A DNA stretch of 41,727 bases from positions 1 through 41,727 of IMG/VR virus record IMGVR_UViG_3300049191_000038. The stretch is one strand, 5' to 3'. The translations under genes and the position numbers were made by a program. The stretch is from a virus. The notes under the pieces were generated by a model. The model made no database searches. It was not told the DNA's origin and saw only the letters and a program-made list of their open reading frames with translations. The first letter of the stretch is position 1. Each line of letters begins with the position of its first letter. Shown here piece after piece: positions 1 through 9,033 of this stretch.

Positions 1-127
1 CTATTTGACTTGGCGCCAATATTAACCGAGTAAACACCAATTGGAGTGTTTGCAGCAGTAATTACAATTGATGACCCGCTCGCGCCGTCTTTAATGGAAA
101 CCGTTCCAGTTGCTGATGTTGCAACAC
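1..127. repeat. 127-bp exact terminal duplication, copy 1 (identical to 41601..41727)
   Basis: Read base by base: 1..127 equals 41601..41727. A minus-strand ORF reads in frame across the join. Confidence 0.95.
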
Positions 128-248
128 TAACAATTAGTTGTTCTAGTAAATCACCGGCAGCACCAGTGCTTCCTATAACTTGATCAGTTTGAGACGCGGC
201 AACTGTTTCATAATCTGTGTTAAAACCCAAACGCTTATCTGCATTCAT
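1..248 (-). CDS. 5' part of a 103-aa virion-module protein split by the linearisation point (continues at 41537..41600)
   Basis: ATG at 248 preceded by GAGGT. Hand translation MNADKRLGFNTDYETVAASQ... has no stop down to position 1. The frame continues at 41600 and stops at TAA 41537..41539. Confidence 0.6.
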   Translation of the reverse strand, partial: MNADKRLGFNTDYETVAASQTDQVIGSTGAAGDLLEQLIVSVATSATGTVSIKDGASGSSIVITAANTPIGVYSVNIGAKSN

Positions 249-265
249 TATATACCTCGAATTAA

Positions 266-285
266 GGGGGCCATTTAGACCCCCC
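266..285 (-). terminator. Candidate intrinsic terminator hairpin (G5/C5-6 stem)
   Basis: GGGGG 266..270 pairs with CCCCC 281..285 around a 9-10 nt loop. On the minus-strand RNA it is followed by UUAAUU. It lies just after the stop of the 292..579 gene. Confidence 0.3.
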
Positions 286-291
286 TAAAAT

Positions 292-579
292 TTAGATTAC
301 TTCATCACTTAACTTAGGACTTTCAGCAGGAGATTCAAGAACTTCTTCCTGCTCCTCAACTTTAGTCGAACCGTGAAGCTTAACCCATGATGGCAACACA
401 TACTCATCCTTACCAGACTTATATATGCGTCCTTTGTCTTTCAAATCTTTTAGCTTTTTCTCATCTTTAACAAAAGATCTTAAAATCATATCGCTATGTT
501 TAAGCCAAAAGACAGAACCTTCCCTGATTCGTCTATGATTGTAATAGCCTTGTCGAAGGGCTTGAACCTTTACCTGCAT
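292..579 (-). CDS. Hypothetical protein (95 aa), head module
   Basis: ORF track. Co-oriented and tightly packed in the structural arm. No motif recognised. Confidence 0.55.
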   Translation of the reverse strand: MQVKVQALRQGYYNHRRIREGSVFWLKHSDMILRSFVKDEKKLKDLKDKGRIYKSGKDEYVLPSWVKLHGSTKVEEQEEVLESPAESPKLSDEVI

Positions 580-594
580 AAATTATCCTTTCAA

Positions 595-1026
595 TTAAGA
601 AATAGTAATACCATCAGCATAAGAAACATAATTTTGGATCATGTTCTGAGGCTGTAAAAACGAAGTAACTGTGACTGTAGGAGAAGTTCCACCCACAGTG
701 TAGTTAAGTCGAATATATCTCTCAGTAAGTAAATCCGCTGGAATTGGAATAACAAACTGAGCGCCTGCTGTCATTTGCGATCCGGTAAGTGTTGCGCTTG
801 AAACAACTGTAGCAGCTGAAGAAAATGATGAGTTATCATCAGCTTGAACAGCTACAGCAAGAGTTGGAGATGTTCCACCAGCTGCTACGTCAACAGTGAG
901 AACAACAGCAATAGGTTCGCCAATCCCGATGTTTCTATCAGCACCAAGGTCGATTAAATTAGTAGAGGCCGCCGTGGCTGTTAAAGCCTGAGCGTCGCTA
1001 AATAAATGTTGTGAATCAATATACAT
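595..1026 (-). CDS. Putative capsid decoration/cement protein (Bbp16-like by recollection)
   Basis: 143-aa ORF immediately downstream of the major capsid gene. N-terminus MYIDSQHLFSDAQALTATAASTNLIDLG... resembles the small protein following the capsid gene in BPP-1-like podoviruses. Family assignment is from memory only. Confidence 0.45.
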   Translation of the reverse strand: MYIDSQHLFSDAQALTATAASTNLIDLGADRNIGIGEPIAVVLTVDVAAGGTSPTLAVAVQADDNSSFSSAATVVSSATLTGSQMTAGAQFVIPIPADLLTERYIRLNYTVGGTSPTVTVTSFLQPQNMIQNYVSYADGITIS

Positions 1027-1055
1027 TTTAAAAGTCTCCTTTTATTTTGTTAAAA

Positions 1056-2054
1056 TTAAACTGCAGTTTCTGTTTCTACAAGTGCATCGACAACGCGAAT
1101 TGGAATACCGCGAAATGTTGGCACAAGTTTACCATCAACGTCTGCATAGATAAGTCCGCCACCAGTTACGACATCATCACGTCGCTGAATATCGAGCATT
1201 TGGAAAACAGTTCTATTCATGTAGAACACTGGTTTTCCAAGACCCATATTTGGCAAGCGATGAATTGCTTTAATCATAAGCTCAATCAAATCAGCAGCAG
1301 ATGATTTCGCAACAAGGTTAGAGATATCAATAGAGCCAATTCGCACTACGTATCTCCAGTCCTTAAGAGCAACTCCGCACTTCCACTGGAAATGATCTTG
1401 ATAAGCACGCATACGAGTGCCGCCAACGCCAGCTGAAGTTTCAACAGTAACCTCGCCTAGATCTTCATGCATAAGACCAGCTTTTGATCCCTTAGGGAAG
1501 ATGCCGTGAATAGTTTGACTGCCCCATGCAACTAACCAGATAGAAGCATTATCAGAACCAGCTCCTGCAGCATCAATAACGTTTTGACCGTTAGTAGCAG
1601 CTGGATCAGAGTAGCGAATTGAAAGACCTGTAAATTCCTCTGGAGCAAGTCCAGCATTTCCGTAAAACAATGTAGAAGCCATTTCTTGATTCATTGCTTC
1701 GATAAATGCTTGAGCCTCAGACAAACGGAAAGCTGCAGTATTGCCGTTAAGCATAGCCAAGTCTTTATCAACTTCAGACCAAGCTTCCAGCATACCACAT
1801 TGCTCATCAACTTGAGCAGTTGTTGATTTAGAAGGCTGAACACCTTGATTAAGTAAACGCCATGCAACAGTTGGTAAACCAGTTCTCACAGTTGTTCTGT
1901 GACCAGTTGGCAAGTTACCTTCCATCCATAGCATATCTTCGAGGATTGAGTTTGATTGTGAAAGCAATTCAACAATTGATGGAACCTTTCCATCTGGGTC
2001 CAAACGCTTTGCGTGATCAGCAAGCGTTAATACGTTAGCGCCTAATGTAGCCAT
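1056..2054 (-). CDS. Major capsid protein (HK97-fold type)
   Basis: 332-aa ORF after portal and scaffold-like genes. Strong SD AAGGAG upstream. Size, position and sequence character are typical of podovirus major capsid proteins. Confidence 0.8.
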   Translation of the reverse strand: MATLGANVLTLADHAKRLDPDGKVPSIVELLSQSNSILEDMLWMEGNLPTGHRTTVRTGLPTVAWRLLNQGVQPSKSTTAQVDEQCGMLEAWSEVDKDLAMLNGNTAAFRLSEAQAFIEAMNQEMASTLFYGNAGLAPEEFTGLSIRYSDPAATNGQNVIDAAGAGSDNASIWLVAWGSQTIHGIFPKGSKAGLMHEDLGEVTVETSAGVGGTRMRAYQDHFQWKCGVALKDWRYVVRIGSIDISNLVAKSSAADLIELMIKAIHRLPNMGLGKPVFYMNRTVFQMLDIQRRDDVVTGGGLIYADVDGKLVPTFRGIPIRVVDALVETETAV

Positions 2055-2070
2055 TAATTAACTCCTTTAT

Positions 2071-2712
2071 TTAGTTTGTTTTTCCGTAAAAAATATCTTC
2101 AAGCGATTTCTTGTTTCCGCCATTAACATTTGGATTAATGATTCTATCTTCAGCTGTAGCTTTACCAAGACGAACAAACATCCTTAAAACATCTGGATGA
2201 TTGCCAAATCCTGATTCTTCTAAAAACTTATTAATAGTATCATTTCCAAAATCTTTAAGAACTCGGTGGGCCATTTCAACATTTTTGTTAAACTCAGGTC
2301 CTCCAATTTCTTTGTCTGCTAAACTAGCCTGTTTCCACTCCTCAGTCTGTTTTGCGATAGCATTATTATGCTCATCAACTGCAGACTTAACGAGCGCCTC
2401 CTCTCTACTTAAAAGACCTTGAGCTTGCTCAGGAGTTAGTTTGTTAGCTTTCGCGTAAGCTACAACATCCTCAAGGCGCTTTTGATCTAGTAAAGAATTC
2501 TCAGATAACTTCAAATCATAAGTAGGCTCTTTGGCCCCTTCTGTTTTTGGAGCTTCCTTGGCTTCAGTTTGTTTAACATTTTCTTCAACCTTAGTTTCAG
2601 CCTTTACTTCCGCTTGAACATTTTGTGTATTAGCAGAAGTAGCCGTAATTAAAGTCTCAGTATTAGCTACTGCGCTGCTTGTGGTTTGCGCATTTGCATT
2701 CTCTGTACTCAT
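2071..2712 (-). CDS. Putative scaffolding protein
   Basis: 213-aa, highly charged and helical (KAETKVEENVKQTEAKEAPK...). Lies between the portal and capsid genes. Confidence 0.55.
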   Translation of the reverse strand: MSTENANAQTTSSAVANTETLITATSANTQNVQAEVKAETKVEENVKQTEAKEAPKTEGAKEPTYDLKLSENSLLDQKRLEDVVAYAKANKLTPEQAQGLLSREEALVKSAVDEHNNAIAKQTEEWKQASLADKEIGGPEFNKNVEMAHRVLKDFGNDTINKFLEESGFGNHPDVLRMFVRLGKATAEDRIINPNVNGGNKKSLEDIFYGKTN

Positions 2713-3026
2713 TAATATTTCCCTTTCTTAGCTTCCATTTGCATTTTTAAAAAACCATCTGGATCAGCTTGCATTATCTTATTTAAGACGAACAATCCAA
2801 CATCTCTTCTTCCCTCTTTAAAGTAGGTCATCGAACCAGATGCATCAGCTGATGACTCATAGATTCTGCAATACTCTAAAAGCTTCCAAAGATGACGACG
2901 GCCCTGCTCAGTTTGAAGAATAAACTGCATATCTAGAGTTTCTTTTTGAGCGTTTAAATTCTCTTTTATTTTTGCGTTCTTAATTTGATTTTCATCGCCT
3001 GCATTTTTAATTAGTGGTTGGTTCAT
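2712..3026 (-). CDS. Hypothetical head-module protein (104 aa; Bbp19-like by recollection)
   Basis: The ORF track starts at 3050. The ATG at 3026 lies 1 nt after the portal stop and fits the coupling pattern. TAATG overlap with the scaffold start at 2712. Confidence 0.5.
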   Translation of the reverse strand: MNQPLIKNAGDENQIKNAKIKENLNAQKETLDMQFILQTEQGRRHLWKLLEYCRIYESSADASGSMTYFKEGRRDVGLFVLNKIMQADPDGFLKMQMEAKKGKY

Positions 3027-3027
3027 A

Positions 3028-4770
3028 CTAGCCCACCAAACTTCCAGCATTAGCTTGCGACAACAATCTATCTAAAGCATTTCCACCCTCGACAGGAGTA
3101 TCACCTAATGTTTTTGCTGTTTGAGCAACTGCCATGGCCTCTTGTGCTTGTTGAGCTCGCAAAGCTTGCTCTTGTTCTGCAGCTGCAATTTGAGCCATTT
3201 CATCATCTGTTCTAACTAGATTTGGATTAAGAGAAACGATGTCTGCATAATCATCAATAACTTGATCAAATTTAACTTTCTTCAATACGTTTTGATCCAT
3301 CGAAGCAAGTTGTCCCGCAAAGCCAGCAAAGCGCTCAATGCCAGCAATACCAACCAATTTTTGAGCCTGAGCCATAATTGAAATGTACTCAACTTTAAGA
3401 TCCATTCCTTGAAGCTCTTCTGGTATTTCAGGCAATAGCCCTTGCCTTAGGTGCATTTCAAAAGTTATATCAATTAAAGGATCAAGCAAATCTTGATTTA
3501 ACTGCTCAAGCACTGGTCCTAAAGCCAGTAACTTCTCTTCGTGTCTTTCTTCAATTTCACGCGCTGTAATTTGCCTTCTATCGGAACTAGCAAGCATTAA
3601 AAACAAGTCTTCAAAAAAAGCTTTTTGTATTCTATATCTGCATTGCTGTTGCTTTTGTTCCATTTCGGCAAGCTGAAAATTAACATCAAAAAGAGGTTTG
3701 AATGATCCTATAGTGTTTGGATCTCCATACGTAATATCACCAGGAAGAATAGACGCTGATTGATTTTTCATACTAGACGGAGCTGCCATTGGAGGTCGAA
3801 CCTTTTTCTCAATAGCTTCCATCAATCGACGCTCGCCTAACTGTAATTGCTTAACGTCACCAAGAGCTAGCATTCCAGGACAATCAGTGCCGTAAACATC
3901 TTCTCCAGTTGTTTCCCAACGAGGAACTAAAATAGGAAAATAGTCATATCCTTTTTCTGAAAGCATTTTTTCGCCATCAGCATTATCCAAATATCCCTGT
4001 TGAGTTCCTCCAGATACGCCACGCTCATAATAAACAGACTGAAACTTCTTATATTTTGAATCTATTTTTTTTCTATCGTATTGATGATTTGGACGAATAA
4101 CATGGACAACCTCAATCCATTGCTCAGATTGATTTGTATCCCAAAGATTCTTAACGTACATTGAAATATTGGACCAATCTATTTCATTAGAATCATCATT
4201 AACACCAAATTTTTGAACCACTTGCCTAACAGTCATTTTAAATTCACGGACAAAAGTATCTACTTTCCCATATTCGTTCTTAGCAATCATGTATGATCCG
4301 ATAGGAAAGCTTTGAGAAAAGAATACTTCACCGTTAAAATCTTCTTCAATACTCATTGCACCAGTGCCAAATAGACCAATGTCGCCATATGTAGTTGGAA
4401 GAATGTTATATAAATTAGACTTTAAAAAGCTTGTGTTAATTATTTGTTGAACTTTATGAAGCCAAATTTTAACTGCCCCATACTCAGCAAGATCAGGATC
4501 TGGAGTTGTTAACCTAAACCAAGGACGTGCGGGCGACGTGACCCCAGACATCATGCCAGAGCGTAATGTTCTAAGGGCCATGGTCGCAGTTGAATCTATA
4601 ATTTTTTGATTTCTTCTATCGCCCTTGTTTACATCTGAAGTGTAAAATCTAGACCTTCTAGGCTGAACAAAATCAGACAAGTCTCGCCAATGAGAAGTAA
4701 ATGTAGATCTTTCGTTATATAATTGCGATCTAAGAATTTCAAGTTCTTGCCTTTTAGTATATTGACCCAA
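3028..4770 (-). CDS. Portal (head-tail connector) protein, podovirus type
   Basis: 580-aa ORF downstream of TerL. N-terminal region ...RSQLYNERSTFTSHWRDLSDFVQPRRSRF resembles T7 gp8-type connector proteins. TTG start preceded by AGGAG. Confidence 0.8.
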   Translation of the reverse strand: MGQYTKRQELEILRSQLYNERSTFTSHWRDLSDFVQPRRSRFYTSDVNKGDRRNQKIIDSTATMALRTLRSGMMSGVTSPARPWFRLTTPDPDLAEYGAVKIWLHKVQQIINTSFLKSNLYNILPTTYGDIGLFGTGAMSIEEDFNGEVFFSQSFPIGSYMIAKNEYGKVDTFVREFKMTVRQVVQKFGVNDDSNEIDWSNISMYVKNLWDTNQSEQWIEVVHVIRPNHQYDRKKIDSKYKKFQSVYYERGVSGGTQQGYLDNADGEKMLSEKGYDYFPILVPRWETTGEDVYGTDCPGMLALGDVKQLQLGERRLMEAIEKKVRPPMAAPSSMKNQSASILPGDITYGDPNTIGSFKPLFDVNFQLAEMEQKQQQCRYRIQKAFFEDLFLMLASSDRRQITAREIEERHEEKLLALGPVLEQLNQDLLDPLIDITFEMHLRQGLLPEIPEELQGMDLKVEYISIMAQAQKLVGIAGIERFAGFAGQLASMDQNVLKKVKFDQVIDDYADIVSLNPNLVRTDDEMAQIAAAEQEQALRAQQAQEAMAVAQTAKTLGDTPVEGGNALDRLLSQANAGSLVG

Positions 4771-4771
4771 G

Positions 4772-5167
4772 CTATTCTCCTAAAAGGTTTTTACTTCCAA
4801 CGGAAGCTGAACCTGTTAATCCAAGAGGTGACGTTAAAATAGTCCCGGCTCTTCCGCCACGACCTGCAGCTAAAGCTTTTTGAGTAGCTCTTTTTTGCTT
4901 TTGCTGAGAACTAAGCTCAGCAGTCTTTGCTTGATCAGCGGCCAAAGCTTCAGCATCAGCCTGAATCTGTGCTTGCCTATCTGCTTCTTGTTTCATTTCG
5001 CGCTTAGCTTCATTTATTGGTTTAATAGTTTGACCGTAAACAGCTTCTCCAACGCCAATTGCTCCTCCAATTCCTGGAATTAAATATTTAGCAGTTCCGC
5101 CAAATACTTTTCCAAGACCCGTTGCATTTCCAATAGAAGATAGTAATCCGCCTTTTTTACCAGCCAT
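4772..5167 (-). CDS. Gly/Ala-rich hypothetical virion protein
   Basis: The ORF track starts at GTG 5176. The ATG at 5167 forms a TAATG overlap with the upstream stop. Gly-rich N-terminus, central coiled coil, C-terminal ...GRGGRAGTILTSPLGL motif seen in small podovirus virion proteins. Confidence 0.55.
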   Translation of the reverse strand: MAGKKGGLLSSIGNATGLGKVFGGTAKYLIPGIGGAIGVGEAVYGQTIKPINEAKREMKQEADRQAQIQADAEALAADQAKTAELSSQQKQKRATQKALAAGRGGRAGTILTSPLGLTGSASVGSKNLLGE

Positions 5168-5628
5168 TAAACGCACTCCATTAAGAAGCTTCTTTCTTGT
5201 TCTTTAAATCCTCTGCGAATAAGAGATCTGTCTTGAACAGGACTATCTGTTTCAAGAGTCATCCAAATCCAATCAGCTGCACGTTTTCCAAAATGAACAA
5301 ATGAATTAAGAAGAAGCAAACCTGCTTTAGATCCACGATGTTTTTCGTCAACCCACCAAAAACATTCATTTAAAACTGTAATATCTGGATTGTATAAATG
5401 AGGTTCTAATGAACCGGCGATAAATCCAATTCGTCCAAACTGAATTGACTCAGCAATCAGGAAGACATGCCTCTCAATTAAATTAGTGATCAAATTTTTA
5501 TTGTATTCAGCATCATCGCCAAATAAGTTTTTGCGAGTACCATAGAAATCAGCGAAGTTTTTAAGCTGACCAAGTATCCAATCAATGTCATCGAGATTAG
5601 CGGTGCGGACTTCTACGCTCATGCGCAT
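5167..5628 (-). CDS. GNAT-family N-acetyltransferase-like protein
   Basis: Motif ...FWWVDEKHRGSKAGLLLLNSF... fits the GNAT acetyl-CoA binding segment (R/Q-x-x-G-x-G/A). The start is uncertain: TTG 5661, ATG 5628 or ATG 5622. Confidence 0.5.
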   Translation of the reverse strand: MRMSVEVRTANLDDIDWILGQLKNFADFYGTRKNLFGDDAEYNKNLITNLIERHVFLIAESIQFGRIGFIAGSLEPHLYNPDITVLNECFWWVDEKHRGSKAGLLLLNSFVHFGKRAADWIWMTLETDSPVQDRSLIRRGFKEQERSFLMECV

Positions 5629-5671
5629 AGAGTTATTGTAAAAATTACAATTGGCAAGCAATATATTCTAT

Positions 5672-7099
5672 CTAGTCTTTAGACCCGAAAGGGTCATACT
5701 CAAATTTAAATCTTTTTTCAGATAATCCAACAACAAGAGGGGCTGTTGAGGATGGCATATCAGGAAGAGAAAAAGTCAAAGCTAAGGCATCAGCTAAATC
5801 AGGTGACGCGCCGAGGCGTTCCTTAATATGGTCCTTTGGTTCTATTTGAAATTTACCATTTTGAAAGTAATAGGTTGGAGTGGTTAACTCACCTACAAGC
5901 TCAGGCAAATCAGGCAAACACCCGCCACGCTTAATCCATTCTGCCATATTAAACCAAATCTCAGCCCTTTTATTTAGATACCTTTGATCAATTGCTTTAC
6001 CAGAAAAATGAACACCATTTGCAGCGATACCATTTTGCATAAGAGAATCAATAACACCAGCACCAAAACCCCCGGTGTCATCTATAAACTCGAGCTCAGA
6101 ACCCCACTTGCTTTTAGCTAGCATAACTCTGGCAGCTATTTCATTAGTTCTTGCATTCCTCAATTCTACGGGTTTGAATGCTCTTAAGCCCTGCCGTGGA
6201 AATAAGACAGTTCTGTCATCCCCAAATCTTGCACAATCCACACCAAGTCTTTTTTGCGCGTACATATAATCTTGTTCGCGCAGTCCTCTTTTCATTGAGT
6301 CTCTAACTTCGTCAACGCTTAATAAAGTATTTAAAGAACCCGGTGGAAACCTTCCAAATACGTTTACTAAAACCCATGGATTATCTTTTGAATACTTAGC
6401 TATCTGCTCTTTTGCCCATTCAATTGATACACGTGGACTGCGCTTAGGATTATCTGGATCCGAATTGATTTCAATAACATCCCATAAATGTCTTTCATTA
6501 GTCGCCGCCCTATATAGAGGACCCTCAGTATGAGTTGGGTTTCCAGCTATTAATAGTTTACATTCTATTCCAGAAGATAAGGCCGCCTCTGCTGCCGCCA
6601 TTACAGCGTCTGGAGTTCCTCCTACCTCATCTAGTACAAAGAGCATATAGTCTGCATGAAGACCGGCTAATGAATCAGCTTGCTGTGAAGAATCAGCTCC
6701 TTTTGCCCAAGACCTAGCCGACATCCACCAATTCTCAGGATAATCACGCGCAAATATTCTAGTCTTTGTCCATACGAACATCTGCTTAAGCATTGGGCTT
6801 TTTACTTGCCATTTACTCATCTCAGTCCAAAGACCATCGGATAAGTTATCCCAGCTAATAGATGTAGCAGCAATTTTAGGAAATGGCCTTGTGACTAAAA
6901 AGTTCCAACAGCACCAAGAAAGTAGTGTTGTTTTCCCAACCCCTTTAGACGCTAGCATTGCAATACGCCTGTTCTTAGCAAAAGACATAAGCGCGTCTTT
7001 TTGCCATTCATCAGGTTCTACGTGGAACACTTCGCGAACAAACCTCACTGGGTCTTCACGCCACAATTTAATCTGGTCGGCAGCTAAATCAAAACTCAC
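5672..7099 (-). CDS. terL: Terminase large subunit
   Basis: 475 aa. Walker A SKGVGKT, Walker B-like LFVLDEVGG, C-terminal nuclease-like region. GTG start in a GTGA overlap with the upstream stop. Confidence 0.9.
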   Translation of the reverse strand: MSFDLAADQIKLWREDPVRFVREVFHVEPDEWQKDALMSFAKNRRIAMLASKGVGKTTLLSWCCWNFLVTRPFPKIAATSISWDNLSDGLWTEMSKWQVKSPMLKQMFVWTKTRIFARDYPENWWMSARSWAKGADSSQQADSLAGLHADYMLFVLDEVGGTPDAVMAAAEAALSSGIECKLLIAGNPTHTEGPLYRAATNERHLWDVIEINSDPDNPKRSPRVSIEWAKEQIAKYSKDNPWVLVNVFGRFPPGSLNTLLSVDEVRDSMKRGLREQDYMYAQKRLGVDCARFGDDRTVLFPRQGLRAFKPVELRNARTNEIAARVMLAKSKWGSELEFIDDTGGFGAGVIDSLMQNGIAANGVHFSGKAIDQRYLNKRAEIWFNMAEWIKRGGCLPDLPELVGELTTPTYYFQNGKFQIEPKDHIKERLGASPDLADALALTFSLPDMPSSTAPLVVGLSEKRFKFEYDPFGSKD

Positions 7100-7860
7100 T
7101 TCAAACCTAAAAACTTAGATACTGTTAATAGTTTTTGAACAAGCCATCCAAACGTACCAGAAGTGTTATTGCTTGATAAATCGGCTGACCATGGATTGCC
7201 AGCTCCGCCAGCATCACTTAACGCAGCTCCTGTTGATCCGGTATCTACATGATCCGCAAGAGTAATATCCCAAACTGCCGCCGCTAAATTCTCAGGACTT
7301 AACTCAGTGCCAGCTCCAACATCTATATGTGACTCAAGCTTTCCTTTACCTTTTAAATTAGCAGAAACAGACGCAGCTCCGTTTAAAGCTGATGCAAGTG
7401 GGACTATTGCTGAAAGATTGGCAGTTAGACTGGCAGCTCCAGACATAACGTCAGCCAAAGATGAGACAGCAGCTACGTTTGCGGATAAAGACCCAGACCC
7501 CAGCAAAGTGGATGATCCTTTAGTAATTACAGATAAAGAGGCTGATACTGAACCAGCTCCAGAGATTGATGAGTTTGAAAGCCTAGCTAAAATACCCGTT
7601 GCTGAAAGGCTTGATTCACCAGAAATCCTCAGACCACTTGAAAGTCCACCATTTTTCCATGGACCAAGATATGCCTCGTGTAAATTCATTCCTTCAACAA
7701 ATGATGTCTTAGGATAAATTGAAAATCTTCTTTGCGAATAATATGAAGGCCCTATCCAATTAGATTTTGTATTGGCAGCATAAGCGCCAGCAGTTGACGT
7801 GCCATTAGTAAAAAAAGCATGAGACTTATTTAATACTGAATGGTTTCCAATCAATGCCAT
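7096..7860 (-). CDS. Ser/Ala-repeat structural-looking protein (254 aa)
   Basis: Four degenerate units: GAGSVSASL / GSGSLSANV / GAASLTANL / GAASVSANL. C-terminal ...AAVWDITLADHVDTGSTGAALSDAGG... motif is recalled from phage fibre-like proteins. Confidence 0.6.
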   Translation of the reverse strand: MALIGNHSVLNKSHAFFTNGTSTAGAYAANTKSNWIGPSYYSQRRFSIYPKTSFVEGMNLHEAYLGPWKNGGLSSGLRISGESSLSATGILARLSNSSISGAGSVSASLSVITKGSSTLLGSGSLSANVAAVSSLADVMSGAASLTANLSAIVPLASALNGAASVSANLKGKGKLESHIDVGAGTELSPENLAAAVWDITLADHVDTGSTGAALSDAGGAGNPWSADLSSNNTSGTFGWLVQKLLTVSKFLGLK

Positions 7861-7863
7861 TTA

Positions 7864-9021
7864 TTATCCCCATATAAAATCTAGATGACCGTAGAAAGCT
7901 GAGTTGGTTGGAGTTGCAGCTCCATGATAAATTAACCAATAAAGAGCAGCGCCATCATAGACTCTAGGCATTGCTCCAGCAACTTGAGACATAAATTCCC
8001 TCTCGCTAGCGACTCCAATAGTTGTCATTGGCATTGTAATAAGAGGTCTAACAAGTCCTATTGAAAACTCACCAGACACATAAGAAACAGAAATAGTAGT
8101 TGAATCAACTTGCGCAATGCCAGCATCTCCAGATTGAAGAGGCATATATGGCCCATATTTACCAGCACCCGTACCTGAATATAAAATTAAGCCATTTGCT
8201 GCTGCAGTTTTTCCAATTGGCAAAACAGTTGGAGTTGCTCTAGATCCAGCTTGAGATGAATTTGTATAACCAATTGATAAGTTAGGAGTTGCCGCGCCCA
8301 ATGCCGTGGCGTTAGTGTTCCACATAATTGATTGAACACCAGCGCCATTTGTATATCTAGGCAATAACCAGTTCAGCGTGTGAGTCCCAGTTCCAGCGTC
8401 AGTTATATTAATAGCTGTTCCGGCAATTGCATTTGCATAAGAAGTAGCAAGTTTAGCAGTTAAATCAGTCACTCTTATTAGATAATAATCTGTAGCCGTA
8501 GCCAATCCACCGGGAAGTGTTGTTGTAGTTGTAAGCCTTACGCGTGTACCTGTAAGTAAATTATAGTTACTATGTGTAATAATATCCGTACTTGCGTCAG
8601 CAGTAAAGTTGCTTGTCTGACCTAAAGTATTTGTCATCGATTGAGATGTAATTGTTGTAACGCTTGTTACTCGATAAAATCCTACTAAATCAACTAATAC
8701 AGCAACAGCTGGCATAGTCGTCGCTGCAGCACTAAATGCAGATGCATTTGTAATATACTTATAATCTGGCGCAACTGATCCACCGTGCTGAATAGATGAT
8801 GCATTCGTTGTTGAATCAGATACCGCTTGGAAAGTTAAGTTAGTTCCCGTGTTAAATAAAGCGTCAGCACCTGGATTTCCACCACCCCTAGCTAAACAAG
8901 ACCATTCGCCAGCAACAGCAGCAGTTGTTGGAAGCATGTTCTTATTCCAATCCTGCCTGAACTTTTTGCCGTTAACTGTGGCCTCATTTATAAAATCATC
9001 ATAACTTGTAAAACCTGGCAT
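7864..9021 (-). CDS. Unassigned beta-rich protein, paralog A (385 aa)
   Basis: Shares MPGF N-terminus, HGGSV-P, LPRY-x-GAGVQ, YTNSS, LV-PL and F-G-x-x-x-IW C-terminus with the 9034..9900 product. Carries an extra insert of about 95 aa. Confidence 0.65.
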   Translation of the reverse strand: MPGFTSYDDFINEATVNGKKFRQDWNKNMLPTTAAVAGEWSCLARGGGNPGADALFNTGTNLTFQAVSDSTTNASSIQHGGSVAPDYKYITNASAFSAAATTMPAVAVLVDLVGFYRVTSVTTITSQSMTNTLGQTSNFTADASTDIITHSNYNLLTGTRVRLTTTTTLPGGLATATDYYLIRVTDLTAKLATSYANAIAGTAINITDAGTGTHTLNWLLPRYTNGAGVQSIMWNTNATALGAATPNLSIGYTNSSQAGSRATPTVLPIGKTAAANGLILYSGTGAGKYGPYMPLQSGDAGIAQVDSTTISVSYVSGEFSIGLVRPLITMPMTTIGVASEREFMSQVAGAMPRVYDGAALYWLIYHGAATPTNSAFYGHLDFIWG

Positions 9022-9033
9022 CTTAAAACTCCT

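Noticed and set aside
7307-7717. 136-aa plus-strand ORF antisense to the Ser/Ala-repeat gene
   Set aside because: It lies entirely inside a longer, coupled minus-strand gene. Its Pro/Ala/Asp-rich composition is the mirror image of the repeat codons, and it has no RBS.
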